The translations under genes were made by a program, and so were the position numbers. The notes beneath the pieces are model-generated. The model was not told the origin of the DNA and made no database searches. It was given only the letters and a program-made list of their open reading frames with translations. A stretch of 64,000 bases of DNA from a virus: the IMG/VR virus record IMGVR_UViG_3300038386_000109. The stretch is one strand, 5' to 3'. Positions 48,986-59,347 of the stretch are shown piece by piece; positions within the stretch are counted from its first letter, which is position 1, and each line of letters opens with the position of its first letter.

Positions 48986-49972
48986 TCACTTCGACGCCCA
49001 GGCCGGCTGCGGAAGGAACGGCTTTTCGCGGGTCTCTTCCGTCAGCCGACGAGAAAAGATTGCTTTCAGCCTGCCGTAGCAAGGACTGCGATCACGGTCG
49101 GTCAGGTTTCTGCCCTGCAGCCAAGCGACATAATCAGCATCGGCCGACACAGACATCAGGCATTTTTTGAACTGCGGAATATCGAGAACAACCATGCGCC
49201 AACGATTGCCGCTCCTGTCTCGGTCGATCACCAATTTATTCCATAGCCACATGCAGAGGGTTAGATTCAGATTTCCCCAGAGCCGGAAATATTCTGGATC
49301 GCGCCCCCAGGCCGCATGTGCGGTCGAGAGGAAGGCGATTAGATTGGCTGTCGATTTCTGGTCGAGGCTCAAGGCGAGCCCCACGGAACCGCCTGTAACG
49401 GCGCCAGAGCCTGACGCTGGCGTCTCCCACTGAGACGCAACCCAGCAGCGGAGCAACGCTGACATGCTGAGAATAGGACCAGAACCCGAGCGGCGCCTGA
49501 GCTGCCCATAGCCGACAAATTCGCATGACCTTCGAATTTCGCGCAGCGCTGGTACGGTGTTCTCCATGCCGCGCAGCATGTCGTCCGGCCGCATTCTGAC
49601 CAGCGAACTATTAAGCCGCACGAACTCGTCGGACATCTCAGCAAAATTCGAGAAAATGCAGACCCTAACGTCCGCGATTGCTTCCTCGAGACCAGACAGT
49701 TTGAAAGCCTCGATTCGGTGCTGACCGTCGACGATGTAGAGGATATTGGAATCCGCCCTCAGCGTGCCGAGCGTCAGGACACCCTCGACCACCTCGTTCA
49801 CTTTGATCTGCTCGGTAACTTCCCGCACCTTCGCATTAATCCGCAACTCTCGCTGAAACGGCGGAATTCTCCAGCTGTTGACCATCGCCTGGGTGACGAT
49901 GATGGTTTCCATTCTGCTCTGCGCCGCCTTCGGCGGATGCTGAGCATTTTTAATTGCTACGACGGTACCCAT
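48986..49972 (-). CDS. ParB/Srx-like N-terminal domain protein
   Basis: PPFQRE...YIVDGQHRIEA motif. Confidence 0.7.
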   Translation of the reverse strand: MGTVVAIKNAQHPPKAAQSRMETIIVTQAMVNSWRIPPFQRELRINAKVREVTEQIKVNEVVEGVLTLGTLRADSNILYIVDGQHRIEAFKLSGLEEAIADVRVCIFSNFAEMSDEFVRLNSSLVRMRPDDMLRGMENTVPALREIRRSCEFVGYGQLRRRSGSGPILSMSALLRCWVASQWETPASGSGAVTGGSVGLALSLDQKSTANLIAFLSTAHAAWGRDPEYFRLWGNLNLTLCMWLWNKLVIDRDRSGNRWRMVVLDIPQFKKCLMSVSADADYVAWLQGRNLTDRDRSPCYGRLKAIFSRRLTEETREKPFLPQPAWASK

Positions 49973-49986
49973 AAGAACCTCCCCGT

Positions 49987-50443
49987 TTACGTCTGCTCTG
50001 TCGCTTCACCAGTCACATAAAAATCGACGCACTCGCCTTGGCCCTCAATGTCGTCCCAATCGCCCTCGTTGGCCTTGCGCTCGGCCTCGTCGGCGGACTC
50101 GGCGGTGACACGCACTACAGCATCGCGGAAGTGCATATTCATCGGCACGCGCCATACCTTTGTTGTCTCAGGTTTATTCTGGCCATTCATCGGTCGCTCC
50201 GGCTGCTAGCAATTTCCGCTTCACGATACCAACCTCCATGCCCGAGCAGGCGGCAATAAAATCGACAGCCTCATCGAAAGTAAGCTTCTTTTTGCGGCGA
50301 CGCTTCAACGACATGAGCCGCTGAAATTGCCCGTGGATATCGAAGGCGGAAACTACCATCACCGTTTCCCCAATCTCCATGCGCACTGACCAATAGATGC
50401 AAACACCCATGCCGCCGCCATTACCACGAGCGCGAATGCCCAC
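49987..50443 (-). CDS. Two small hypothetical ORFs (49987-50190, 50174-50443)
   Basis: Operon packing. Confidence 0.4.
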
Positions 50444-50525
50444 GACAATCCATACAAGATAATCACGAGCAATCCCGCACAGACTATAACGTCTACAAAA
50501 AACTCGAAGAGGATCATGATATTAT

Positions 50526-51412
50526 TCACCGCCACCGGCCTTCGGTCGCACGGCGGTGCTGCAGGAATCGCTCGCGGAATTCGCCGATATTCTGATTTAA
50601 GGCGTCGACGGATTTATTCAGTTTTTCGATATCGCCCTCGACACCCGCGGTGCCGTGCGCAATGGACTGGAGGATACGGTCGACGCGATCGCCAACCTGC
50701 TTCACTTCCCCTTCCAGCTTATCAAACCGCTGCCCATAATTAATCTGGACATCCTGGCCGGGCCGCACATGCGTTTTATGCGGGTCGTGCACCAGCCCGT
50801 TCACCTGGAGCGCAGTGTTGCCGAGGAGCACGATCAGCAGCAGCACAAAAACAGCTCTCATTTTTCCTTCGCCTTCTGGAACTGATCCTGCACACGGTGC
50901 AGCTGATCATCGAGGAACGAGAAATAATTGGTCAGGTCGTTCTTCCGCGACTGCAGGAGCGGATCGTTCGGCGATTTGGTAATCTGCGAATTAACCGCCA
51001 CGAGCTGATCCTGAATACGCTGCTTCGCTGTGGTCAAGGTCGTCATCTGGGTCTCAAGCAGAGTGGATGTGAGCTTCTCCTGCCGCTGAGCTAGAGTATC
51101 GACCTTAGTAGCGACTTTGGTGACGTCACCCTGCACCTCGTCCTTATTTTTATTGGCGAGCTTAGTGACGTCCTCTTTGCTCTCGTCGATTTTCTGACGA
51201 ATCACAGTGACTTGCTCTGTCAGGGCATGGTCGGTGATTATTTTGGGGAAACCGAAATAACTCCACCCGGTCGCGATTGCGACGAGGGCCGCGGCGATCG
51301 ATCCAGCCGCGATGATTATATTTTTCCAGGGCTCACTGCCATATAGAAAGCTTTCGTCACGGCGGGCTCGCGATGACTTTGCTCGGCCTGGGGGGCGGCG
51401 ACGAGTAGGCAT
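50526..51412 (-). CDS. Two membrane-anchored coiled-coil proteins (50526-50861; 50858-51412)
   Basis: Each has one N-terminal hydrophobic helix then a coiled coil; holin/spanin-like role possible but unsupported. Confidence 0.5.
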
Positions 51413-51422
51413 GGTTTTGAGT

Positions 51423-51653
51423 TTACCGCTTTTTGGCTTTCTTGACCAACTGCTTGCGCGCACGAACGAACGAATCGACGGTGATACGGCCACTGCATAA
51501 AAGCCCGAGCACCGATACAACCATGTCGGGGATATGATGATCCCCGGACAGCCAGCGGTAAACCGAACGCGGGTTCATCCCCAGCATGGCGGCGAGGGCG
51601 GCCGGATCGAGCTGCAGGTCATCGAGAATCTCAGTCAGCTGCTGCGACTGCAT
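51423..51653 (-). CDS. Cro/CI-type HTH regulator
   Basis: LDDLQLDPAALAAMLGMNPRSVYRWLSG. Confidence 0.75.
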   Translation of the reverse strand: MQSQQLTEILDDLQLDPAALAAMLGMNPRSVYRWLSGDHHIPDMVVSVLGLLCSGRITVDSFVRARKQLVKKAKKR

Positions 51654-51837
51654 CCTCGTCCTCGACTGGTACGTCGCGCCATTCGACCCTAGTCTTCTTC
51701 GGATCGTTGAAGTCGACGATGCTGAATTGTTGCTGAAGGATTCGGCCATCACAATGGTTCAGCCATCGAAATTTAAGGGTCGGACAGATCATCGTGTCCG
51801 CCATCGCGAGCTTCGGGTGCTCGATTGCCTCTGCCAT
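51631..51837 (-). CDS. Hypothetical protein
   Basis: LRW...RILQQ...EWRDVP phage motif. Confidence 0.5.
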   Translation of the reverse strand: MAEAIEHPKLAMADTMICPTLKFRWLNHCDGRILQQQFSIVDFNDPKKTRVEWRDVPVEDEDAVAAAD

Positions 51838-51871
51838 GCCACCCCGCTCATGGTATCCCAGGTGATCGGTC

Positions 51872-51926
51872 TAGGTAGGAGAGAATTGACGAAACGTCAA
51901 GACCCAAAAAAGTGACGAAACGTCAA
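51872..51926. promoter_or_regulatory. Divergent control region with two TGACG-AAA-CGTCA operators
   Basis: Perfect palindromes at 51887-51899 and 51913-51925; minus-strand TTGACG-17-TACCTA toward the HTH operon. Confidence 0.7.
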
Positions 51927-52022
51927 AAATATTCGCTCCGGCGGATTGTTTTTCAGGAAATTAAGTCCGATATTCAGGTGGCAGGACGGGCCAGGAACCC
52001 GCCCTCCAGACCTTGGGAAAAA

Positions 52023-52391
52023 ATGGCCTCCAGCAAATTCCTCATGGCCGAGCGTCGCGACTACGGCCAACCTGAACCAGCCCGCGACCCAAATCCAGTC
52101 CACCACGCCCTAGCGCTGATCGAGCGCATGGACCTCTCAGACCTCGAGACAGTCGCCTCCGCCCTGCTCGACCGCATGATCGACCTACACGACCAAGCCG
52201 AAGAGGAAAAAACAAAACCCAGCTACGACAACCTGCTGCTGATGCTCGACGATGTCTCGGCAGTCGCGCAGAATCTATACCTCGTCGCACCACCCGCAGC
52301 AAAAGAGAAAGCCCGCGAGGACAAAATCCGCGGCGCCCGCACAGTGTGCGATCAGCTTCTGCGAACAAAACAGCCGAAACGGCGTCGCTAA
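52023..52391 (+). CDS. Hypothetical early protein
   Basis: Start MASSKF after GACCTTGGGA leader. Confidence 0.55.
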   Translation: MASSKFLMAERRDYGQPEPARDPNPVHHALALIERMDLSDLETVASALLDRMIDLHDQAEEEKTKPSYDNLLLMLDDVSAVAQNLYLVAPPAAKEKAREDKIRGARTVCDQLLRTKQPKRRR

Positions 52392-52458
52392 GGCGCTGTC
52401 ACCTGGGGCTGGCCGTCCCGGGTCTGAAGATGGCAGGCCAAACTTGAAAGGTAGCAAA

Positions 52459-53694
52459 ATGTTAAACGCGCAAGCACAGCAGGCCTCGATGCCCGTACGC
52501 CCGTACGCAGTCGACACCTCCGCTGGATCGCTCGACAGCACGGTATCGAACCAGTGGTTCAGCCGTCCTGCCGACGAAAAATACGCCGACCTTAACGCGC
52601 TCTTCAACGCGAAAAAGGCGGCGTACGATGCCGCCTGGGAGACGCGCGTCAGCACACGGGGGTTTTGCTTTGAAGCTCCGATCCCGGAGACCAAGGAAGA
52701 CTTCAAGAAGCTGACGGTGGGCGTGCCCAACGTACGGACGGCCGGCGCCGATGTTAGCCGGACGGTCGAAGTTGCCCCGACGCACTGGGCGTTCGGTCAG
52801 CTCTGTCAGCTGGCGAAGGCACCTGCCTCGTATCTGCGGGAATTACCCTCGCAGATGGTCACCGAGCAGCTGACCTACCGCATGCGGTTCGCCCGTGAAG
52901 TCGAGGAGGTGAAACTCTACGGCGGAACGCAGCAGCTCTTCGCGGCCACGGGCCCGACATACGGGCGCATCCCCGACCACGAAGTCGTTCACGCGCTGCG
53001 GCAGATCGCCGGCAGCGGCCTCGGCGACAACCCGCGCTTCCACTGGAAGACACCGGGTCGACTGAATTGGTCGAACGGCACCTACGACCCAGAGGACATG
53101 GGCGACAAGAACGACCGGACGTTCTACGGCAGCGACCGCGACTTGTTCGTGTTCCTGGTCGACGACCGCCGGCCGATCGTCGTGGGCAAGACCCGCGACG
53201 GGCGTGACGACCTGCTCTTCCGCGGGTTCTACCTCCAGAACTCAGAAGTCGGCTCGCGCGCACTGAAGGTGCGATCGTTCTACCTCCGCGGCGTTTGCAT
53301 GAACCGCAATCTGTGGGGATGCGAAGGCTTCGAAGAGCTGACCATCCGGCACACCGCACTAGCGCCGGAGCGCTGGCTCGATGAGTGCGTCCCCGCGCTC
53401 GAAAGCTACTCGGCCGCAAGCGACCGCAAGCTTCTCGAATCGGTCGAGAAGGCGAAGGCCGCGAAGCTAGTCGAAAGCGACGACGACGAGCTAGCTTTTC
53501 TGAAGCGCTGCGAATTCTCGAAGGCAGCCAGCAAAAAAATCGTCGAGGTTCATGAGCGCGAGGAAGGCGCGCACATGAGGACTGCCTGGGACTTTGCCCA
53601 AGGCATTACCGCCTACGCGCGGAACGCCCTGAACACCGACGATCGCCTCCAAGTCGAAGCGGTGGCCGGCAAAATCCTCAATAAGGTCGCGTAA
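52459..53694 (+). CDS. DUF932-family protein
   Basis: VSNQWFSRPADE...THWAFGQL...YGRIPD..VV...SDRDLFVFLVD...NSEVG..L...RGVCMNRNLWG. Confidence 0.8.
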   Translation: MLNAQAQQASMPVRPYAVDTSAGSLDSTVSNQWFSRPADEKYADLNALFNAKKAAYDAAWETRVSTRGFCFEAPIPETKEDFKKLTVGVPNVRTAGADVSRTVEVAPTHWAFGQLCQLAKAPASYLRELPSQMVTEQLTYRMRFAREVEEVKLYGGTQQLFAATGPTYGRIPDHEVVHALRQIAGSGLGDNPRFHWKTPGRLNWSNGTYDPEDMGDKNDRTFYGSDRDLFVFLVDDRRPIVVGKTRDGRDDLLFRGFYLQNSEVGSRALKVRSFYLRGVCMNRNLWGCEGFEELTIRHTALAPERWLDECVPALESYSAASDRKLLESVEKAKAAKLVESDDDELAFLKRCEFSKAASKKIVEVHEREEGAHMRTAWDFAQGITAYARNALNTDDRLQVEAVAGKILNKVA

Positions 53695-53706
53695 GCACTG
53701 CGCCAG

Positions 53707-53729
53707 ATGCCCGGCCGAAAGCCGGGCAT
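53707..53729 (+). terminator. Hairpin after the DUF932 gene
   Basis: ATGCCCGGC-CGAAA-GCCGGGCAT, short U tail. Confidence 0.5.
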
Positions 53730-53764
53730 TCACGGAGTGCTTCAAACCCTTGGGAGATAAATCC

Positions 53765-55062
53765 ATGCTACAGGACGCCCCGCCAGCCGTGCAGAAGATG
53801 TTCCACGAAATGTGGGCCGACATCCAACATTCGCAGTGGAAGCGCGAAATTGAGCGCGCCAAGGCCGATCCGCAGGCCAACAAGCTCACGCGGGTCTTCG
53901 ATCAGGGCGTGAGTCTCGGCTACACGTACATCAACGCCGGCAAGAACCGAAAGGGCCAGTCAGTCTGGTTCTGCTGGTCGAAGGAGCGCAACGCCGCCGG
54001 CTATTATCTCGCGTGGCGACAGGTGCGAATGCGCAAGAAGACGAAGCGGGATCAGTGGTGCGCACGCAAAATCCGGCGGCGCTGCAAAGAGATCAGCCAG
54101 AAGCGCGCCGCAGTATTCGAACGGAGGCCAGTATGATCGTCGGCCTCCTATTCCTGATCCTCCTCGCGATCTTGTTCCCGCGATTCCTCAGGGCGCTCCT
54201 GCTCCTCATTTTCCTCGTCTTCACGGTCGGGCCGGTTCTCTACGCGGTTCAGCACATGGACGATCCGCCGCCCATCGAAAGGACCACGCGATGATAACTT
54301 ACGAGCAAATTTCAGCGGGCGAAGAGAATAAATTCTACATCGGAGACGGCGTGTACGCGAGCTTCGACGGCGAGCACTTATGGCTGCGGACCCAACGGGT
54401 AACCGGCTGGGACGAGATCGCGCTCGGCCCGAACGAGTTGGATGCGCTGGACGGTTACATTCGACGCCTCCGAATGCAATTAGCGGAAAGGCGCAAGGCC
54501 TACGAGGACTCCAAGAGCGGCTTTAAAAAATGAAGCTACCTAACTTCTCCGACTACTGCCGCATTATCCGGCTGCGGGCACGCGGCTGGATGAGCGACGG
54601 CGACGACGGCTACTGGCGCAGACCTCTGCGGGTTACCGACGATATTCAGTCGAACGGCTTCGACGTCTACTGCACCGGCGACTACGTGTACGCCTCCGAC
54701 ATTGACTGGGCTGAAAAGGTCGACGCCGGACAATCACCACCGGAGACGCACTGATGATCCGCTTCACCCTCTTGCACCCACGCATGACGCACGACGCGCT
54801 CGGCATAGTGCCGGAATTTTTCTCTGAGCATGACCCAGCGCCAGCACGCGAGCAGATCGAGAAAAACTACCAGCACGGCGGCGGCTGGAATCCCTTCCCC
54901 GGCTTCACAATGACCGATGTCGGTTTGCGGTACCCGGGCGACCCCATCATGCAGGTCCTCGCCGAGGCGAATCTGCGCGACGAGACGATCCGGTTCTACG
55001 ACCATTCTTGGCTCGCAATCATCCAGCCTGACGGCAGCTACGAGATCGCGCGGGTCGACTGA
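53765..55062 (+). CDS. Early hypothetical ORFs (53765-54136, 54133-54294, 54291-54533, 54530-54754, 54754-55062)
   Basis: Coupled overlapping starts; 54754-55062 has a LG.IP.F...DP..A.EQ....Y..GGGW phage motif. Confidence 0.6.
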
Positions 55063-55491
55063 GGATGGAAAATAAGTCGGCCCGCCAAGCCACCGGGGGG
55101 ATGACTATGACGGGCCGACCATCCATCGCCTTGGGAGGAATGGGCACTGCACCCCGAAAGGTTCGCGCAGCCCGGTACATAACCCAACATCTTGGGGTCC
55201 GACAATCTCCGAGCCACAATTCGAAAAGACCTGTGTCTATTTTGCACAAGCAAACCTTTTTCGCATTAACGCCACGGGTAAGCTTTGCTTCGTACGCTAT
55301 CCTGACCCACGGCGAATCGCGCCGATGGGTTGGGGAGCCTGACGTGAAGATCGGAACATCGTACTACATCGACCGCGAAATCGTCCTGAACGATCTGGCA
55401 CGGTATCTCGACAGGGAAGTCGGCGAAGGCCACATCATCGGCGACACAAGACTCCGGCAAATCGCATACCGGTGCCGTACGGACATCGACA

Positions 55492-55902
55492 TCACCCCGG
55501 AGATGGACGCCGAAATATTGGCGAGGGTCCGTCGACTGAGGGCCTCCAGAACCCGGTCCGGGGCTCACCGGTGCGTTTTTCCGAGGCCCCCGCTACCTGT
55601 GTAGCGGGACGAACTACGCGCCCTGTCACGCCGCCGTGCCGGGACCGGTAGCGCCCGAAGCCACCGCTGCTATGGGGTTCGAGATTCGCAGCAACCCCGA
55701 CCAAGCCGGCCAGGCACATCACATCCCCCCGCCAGACCTCGATCCGATCACCTCGCGAAGCCAACCCCAGCTTCAGCAACAGGCGCGCCCCCTCCAGCAG
55801 AGGCAATCGCAACGGCTTGATGACTGATCCGCGATAAGACAACGCCACCTTATCATCGAACGACGCGGACACGATATCGAGCCTATGCGTAATCACCCGC
55901 AC
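55492..55902 (-). CDS. Hypothetical protein downstream of primase-helicase
   Basis: PLLEGARLLLKLGLA...IEVWRG phage motif. Confidence 0.5.
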   Translation of the reverse strand: MRVITHRLDIVSASFDDKVALSYRGSVIKPLRLPLLEGARLLLKLGLASRGDRIEVWRGDVMCLAGLVGVAANLEPHSSGGFGRYRSRHGGVTGRVVRPATQVAGASEKRTGEPRTGFWRPSVDGPSPIFRRPSPG

Positions 55903-55906
55903 CTCC

Positions 55907-57542
55907 TCAAATCTCGTAGTCCGTCGACACGTACTTTCCGGTCTTCAGATCGAATCGAAGAGCCAACCTGCAGGGATAACCAAGCTCGTCGAAGCGGGTC
56001 TTGAGGTGAAATAAAACAGCATCCGTGCACCTCTCGCCCTTGTCCCATTTTTTTGGACGCCAGATCGAGAATCCTTGGTCGGTCATGTTCTCCCAGTGCC
56101 GACTGCCGGAGATGTGATACAGCTCTGGGTGCTGCCTCTTACCCTGCTCGGAAGCTGGCTTCGCTGGATGGGCAAATATCTGAATATGGCAGTTAAGCTC
56201 CCGCGCGAAGTCATAAATCTCGCGAAGGCAATTCCCGATGTATTGTGTTTCGGTGTCATCGCCCATCGCATGCTCAAGGCGATTCCACGGATCGAGCAGG
56301 ACGGCGCGACAGTTGTGACGAACGACAGCCACCTCTGCCACGTCCATAAACCACCGCAGAGTTGGCCGCCCCTGTGGGTGCGCCAGAAAAATATAATGAC
56401 GATCAATCCATTCGTCCGCCTTATGTTTTTCCTCGAGCGTCATCTCCTTCTCAAGCTTGCCTGTAAACAAGCTGCGAATCGTTCTCCGAATATACGGTCG
56501 AGGACGGGTTTCGAACGACGCTACAGCGATCTTGATGTCGTACCGCCTGACGATGTTGAACCATATCTGCGTGAAAAGCTGAGTCTTCCCGTCGCCGGGA
56601 TTGCCGGTGACGATGCTCATTGTCGCCGGAGCGAGACGAATCTTATTTTCCCACTCAGGAAAACCGGGGTCCCACGGCTCAAGCGGCGGCGGCTCCGGCA
56701 ATTCCGAAAGGCGGTAGATACCGCCTACGGGCCACGGCTTTGCATTTCGCACAGCGCGTTCAAGACCGGCCGCGCCGTGCTCGCGCAGCATGTCGTTAGC
56801 GTCTTTCACGCCAGCTGGCCATTCGACGAAATAAAATCTTGCCTCTCGCAATAGCCGCCGCATCGCATCGCGCAACAACAATCCCGGCCCATCGTTGTCG
56901 CCGCACCAAATGAACCTTTTCGTGCGACCAAGACCCTCCTCTAACGCTTCAGTCACGAACTTAAATCCCTCCGACTGGACGGGGTCCTCGTCCGCTTTCG
57001 ATTTAGCTCCGTGAGGAACGCTAAGCACCGACGACGGATCGATACCAGCCTCGACTAAAGACACTGCGTCGACCTCACCTTCGGTAATATACACATCCGC
57101 TGGCGACGCCGCGAGGACAGCTTCGATATTCCAAAAATCAAAGCGCGAACCCTTGCCGGCGACGAATGCCTTCTCGGCCAGAGATCGAGCCTTCCACCCA
57201 TCGCGATATAAAAAACCGAGTGCTGGTCTTTCGCGATTAACCCCTGGAAAAAAAACCCCTGTAGCTGACGCTACGGGCAGCGCCTCCAAGGTCCTCCGGC
57301 TTAGCCCTCGGCCCCTTGCCCATTTTTCTGCGGTCGGGCTGATTTGTCCTCGTTCCCCCGGAAAATTGGCAATGATGGCAGTAGAATGCGGCATCGTTAG
57401 CTCCCACAGTGACAGACAAACATCGCGCACCCTTTTTCTTCCGTGTCGGGCTGCATTTTGGACACGTCGTTCGATGATTACCGATGCGGTAATCACGCAG
57501 ACGAATACCGAATTTTTCAAGGTCGGAGGCGATCAAAACCAA
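55907..57542 (-). CDS. Twinkle/T7 gp4-like primase-helicase; Zn-finger domain in a separate frame
   Basis: CPKCSPTRKKK..CLSV..YCHHC (57237-57542); TOPRIM ITEGEVDA..WCGDND; SF4 IVTGNPGDGKT, LLDPWN, HPAKP, ISGS..W. Confidence 0.85.
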
Positions 57543-58426
57543 TCCTCTCCGTATTGGCCAGAAGGAGAATTTTTCGATTTGTGAATTATCTTGCGGCAGT
57601 AGTCCTCGCGGTCGCCCTCGGCTTTTTTTGTTGCCACAAGCACGGCGTGGACCTCGTCCCAGTCACCCTTCGCCTTGTGCAAACTAGAAACCAGCGCGCC
57701 AGACTTTTCCGGCGGGAATATTTCCTTTCCCAGCTCATAGCAGCGGGCCCTCATTTTTTCGGCCTTGGCAATCTTCGGCGGCGGCTCGAATCCAGGAAGG
57801 ATGCCGGTAGGGTGACGACCGTTAGTTTTTGGGGGCGGCTGAGCGAAGCTATTTGCCGCGTCAGCGGCATTAGGAGCTTTAGCTCCTAATGAATTACCTA
57901 CCTTAACTAACCTTACCTTAGGGAAACCATCAAGGTTTTCACTGCCATTGATTTTACTCATATTCTCGCCCCGCATCTCACCGACATCGACCTTGTCATG
58001 GGGGGGGATGACACCGAGATGAGGCTGAGATGAACCCGAGATGCCGGTGAGATCAGGCTGAGATGCGGCCTTTTTCGGCCTCCCGCCGCGGCTTCCTCCA
58101 TCGCCTCTTTTGGCGCGCCATTCATGCATCTTGGCTATCTCGAAGGCGGCCCGATCGTTGTTCAGCATGCCGTCTGCTTCGGTCAGTTTGCCGGCAACAA
58201 TTAATTGTTCGAGTGCACTGCGGGCAGCTTGCCATGAGATGTCGGCAAGGCCGGCGATTCGCCGTAGATTATTGGGGATCGGACCCTCGGCCAGATACAT
58301 CTCCTCGAGCACGGCGAGGTAGACAATTTTGGCATTGGCGCTGAGGCCACTAGTCCCGTTGCGGAAGGCAGCAATGTCGTACTGGAAGCGCTCCATCAGC
58401 GCGCCTCCAGATGTGCGATTCGGCAC
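57533..58426 (-). CDS. Replication initiator, YdaU/DUF1376 family
   Basis: FQYDIAAFRNGTSGLS....VYLAVLEEMY...GPIPNN. Confidence 0.75.
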   Translation of the reverse strand: MPNRTSGGALMERFQYDIAAFRNGTSGLSANAKIVYLAVLEEMYLAEGPIPNNLRRIAGLADISWQAARSALEQLIVAGKLTEADGMLNNDRAAFEIAKMHEWRAKRGDGGSRGGRPKKAASQPDLTGISGSSQPHLGVIPPHDKVDVGEMRGENMSKINGSENLDGFPKVRLVKVGNSLGAKAPNAADAANSFAQPPPKTNGRHPTGILPGFEPPPKIAKAEKMRARCYELGKEIFPPEKSGALVSSLHKAKGDWDEVHAVLVATKKAEGDREDYCRKIIHKSKNSPSGQYGEDWF

Positions 58427-58450
58427 ATTTCAAGGGTGATCAGAGCGGGA

Positions 58451-58501
58451 ACGTCAATATATTTTGACGATATTCCAGATAAATATATTGACGTTACGTC
58501 A
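58451..58501. promoter_or_regulatory. AT-rich inverted repeat plus operator palindrome
   Basis: ACGTCAATATATT (58451-63) / AATATATTGACGT (58482-94); TGACG-TTA-CGTCA at 58489-58501. Confidence 0.6.
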
Positions 58502-58665
58502 AAAACGTGGGCGAGGTTGACAACCCACAGGGTGGTGGAAGTGATCGGGGGATCGAACGCCGCCATATCTTGTGGTTCCCTTGGGAGGGAGGCACAAAAG
58601 TCCTTGACGACGCCGGAATAATCCCTAGTCTATTCCGTGCAACGTCCGCCAGACAATGCGCCTCC

Positions 58666-58700
58666 GAAGCCGGTCGTGGGTCCTAGCCCCGACCGGCTTC
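58666..58700 (+). terminator. Strong hairpin, possible terminator
   Basis: GAAGCCGGTCG...CGACCGGCTTC 11-bp stem. Confidence 0.5.
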
Positions 58701-58765
58701 ATCATTTGTGAACCCGTTCGCGGCCGGGCGTCAATGACGGAACGTCGCAAACAGCAAAAATTTAT

Positions 58766-59347
58766 TTATTGAAACATCACGAGAGATGTGGGCGACACCC
58801 GCGCGATGTGGGTCCTAGCCCAGTCGAACACGCACGAAGCATCGGCGATAGCTGACTGATCCTCGAAGGCGAGACCGCCATGTAGCATCCGGTGCATGTA
58901 GCCGATCAAGTAGGCGCGATCTATGACCATTTGCTTAGTTGCACGGCGAGCGGCGTTTTTCTCTGCGCTCGATCGCTGCCGACCACGGATAGCGGGCACC
59001 GCGCTCGCCCGCCCGCAGAAGTGCTTCCGTAAGGCCGGCACCTCGACCGATTCTACATCGATCTGCAGCATTCCCGCGATGCAGTGGACGGCGCCGTGCA
59101 GGAGCACCTGCCCGACGGTCGCATCGGCGCTGAACGACGCGGCTGGATTGACAAACTTTTCCACAATTATTTTTTCAGGCTGTGGATTGCTGTGGAGAAA
59201 ATCCCAGAGCCAGGCGCCGAGTGCGCCAGCCCGATATTCAACGGACTGGTTGAAGGCGAGGCGCTCGACCCCGACAAGCGGCATGCTGGCCGAATCGCCA
59301 TAGGCGAATCCGAGCCACCTGCCGAGATCAAGCGCCAACAGCAACAT
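58766..59347 (-). CDS. RuvC-like Holliday junction resolvase
   Basis: LLALDLGRWLG...IIVEK...RKHFCG...K....ADA. Confidence 0.7.
   Translation of the reverse strand: MLLLALDLGRWLGFAYGDSASMPLVGVERLAFNQSVEYRAGALGAWLWDFLHSNPQPEKIIVEKFVNPAASFSADATVGQVLLHGAVHCIAGMLQIDVESVEVPALRKHFCGRASAVPAIRGRQRSSAEKNAARRATKQMVIDRAYLIGYMHRMLHGGLAFEDQSAIADASCVFDWARTHIARVSPTSLVMFQ

Noticed and set aside
50526-51412. Definite holin/spanin pair
   Set aside because: Single TM plus coiled coil, but no lipobox and no adjacent endolysin
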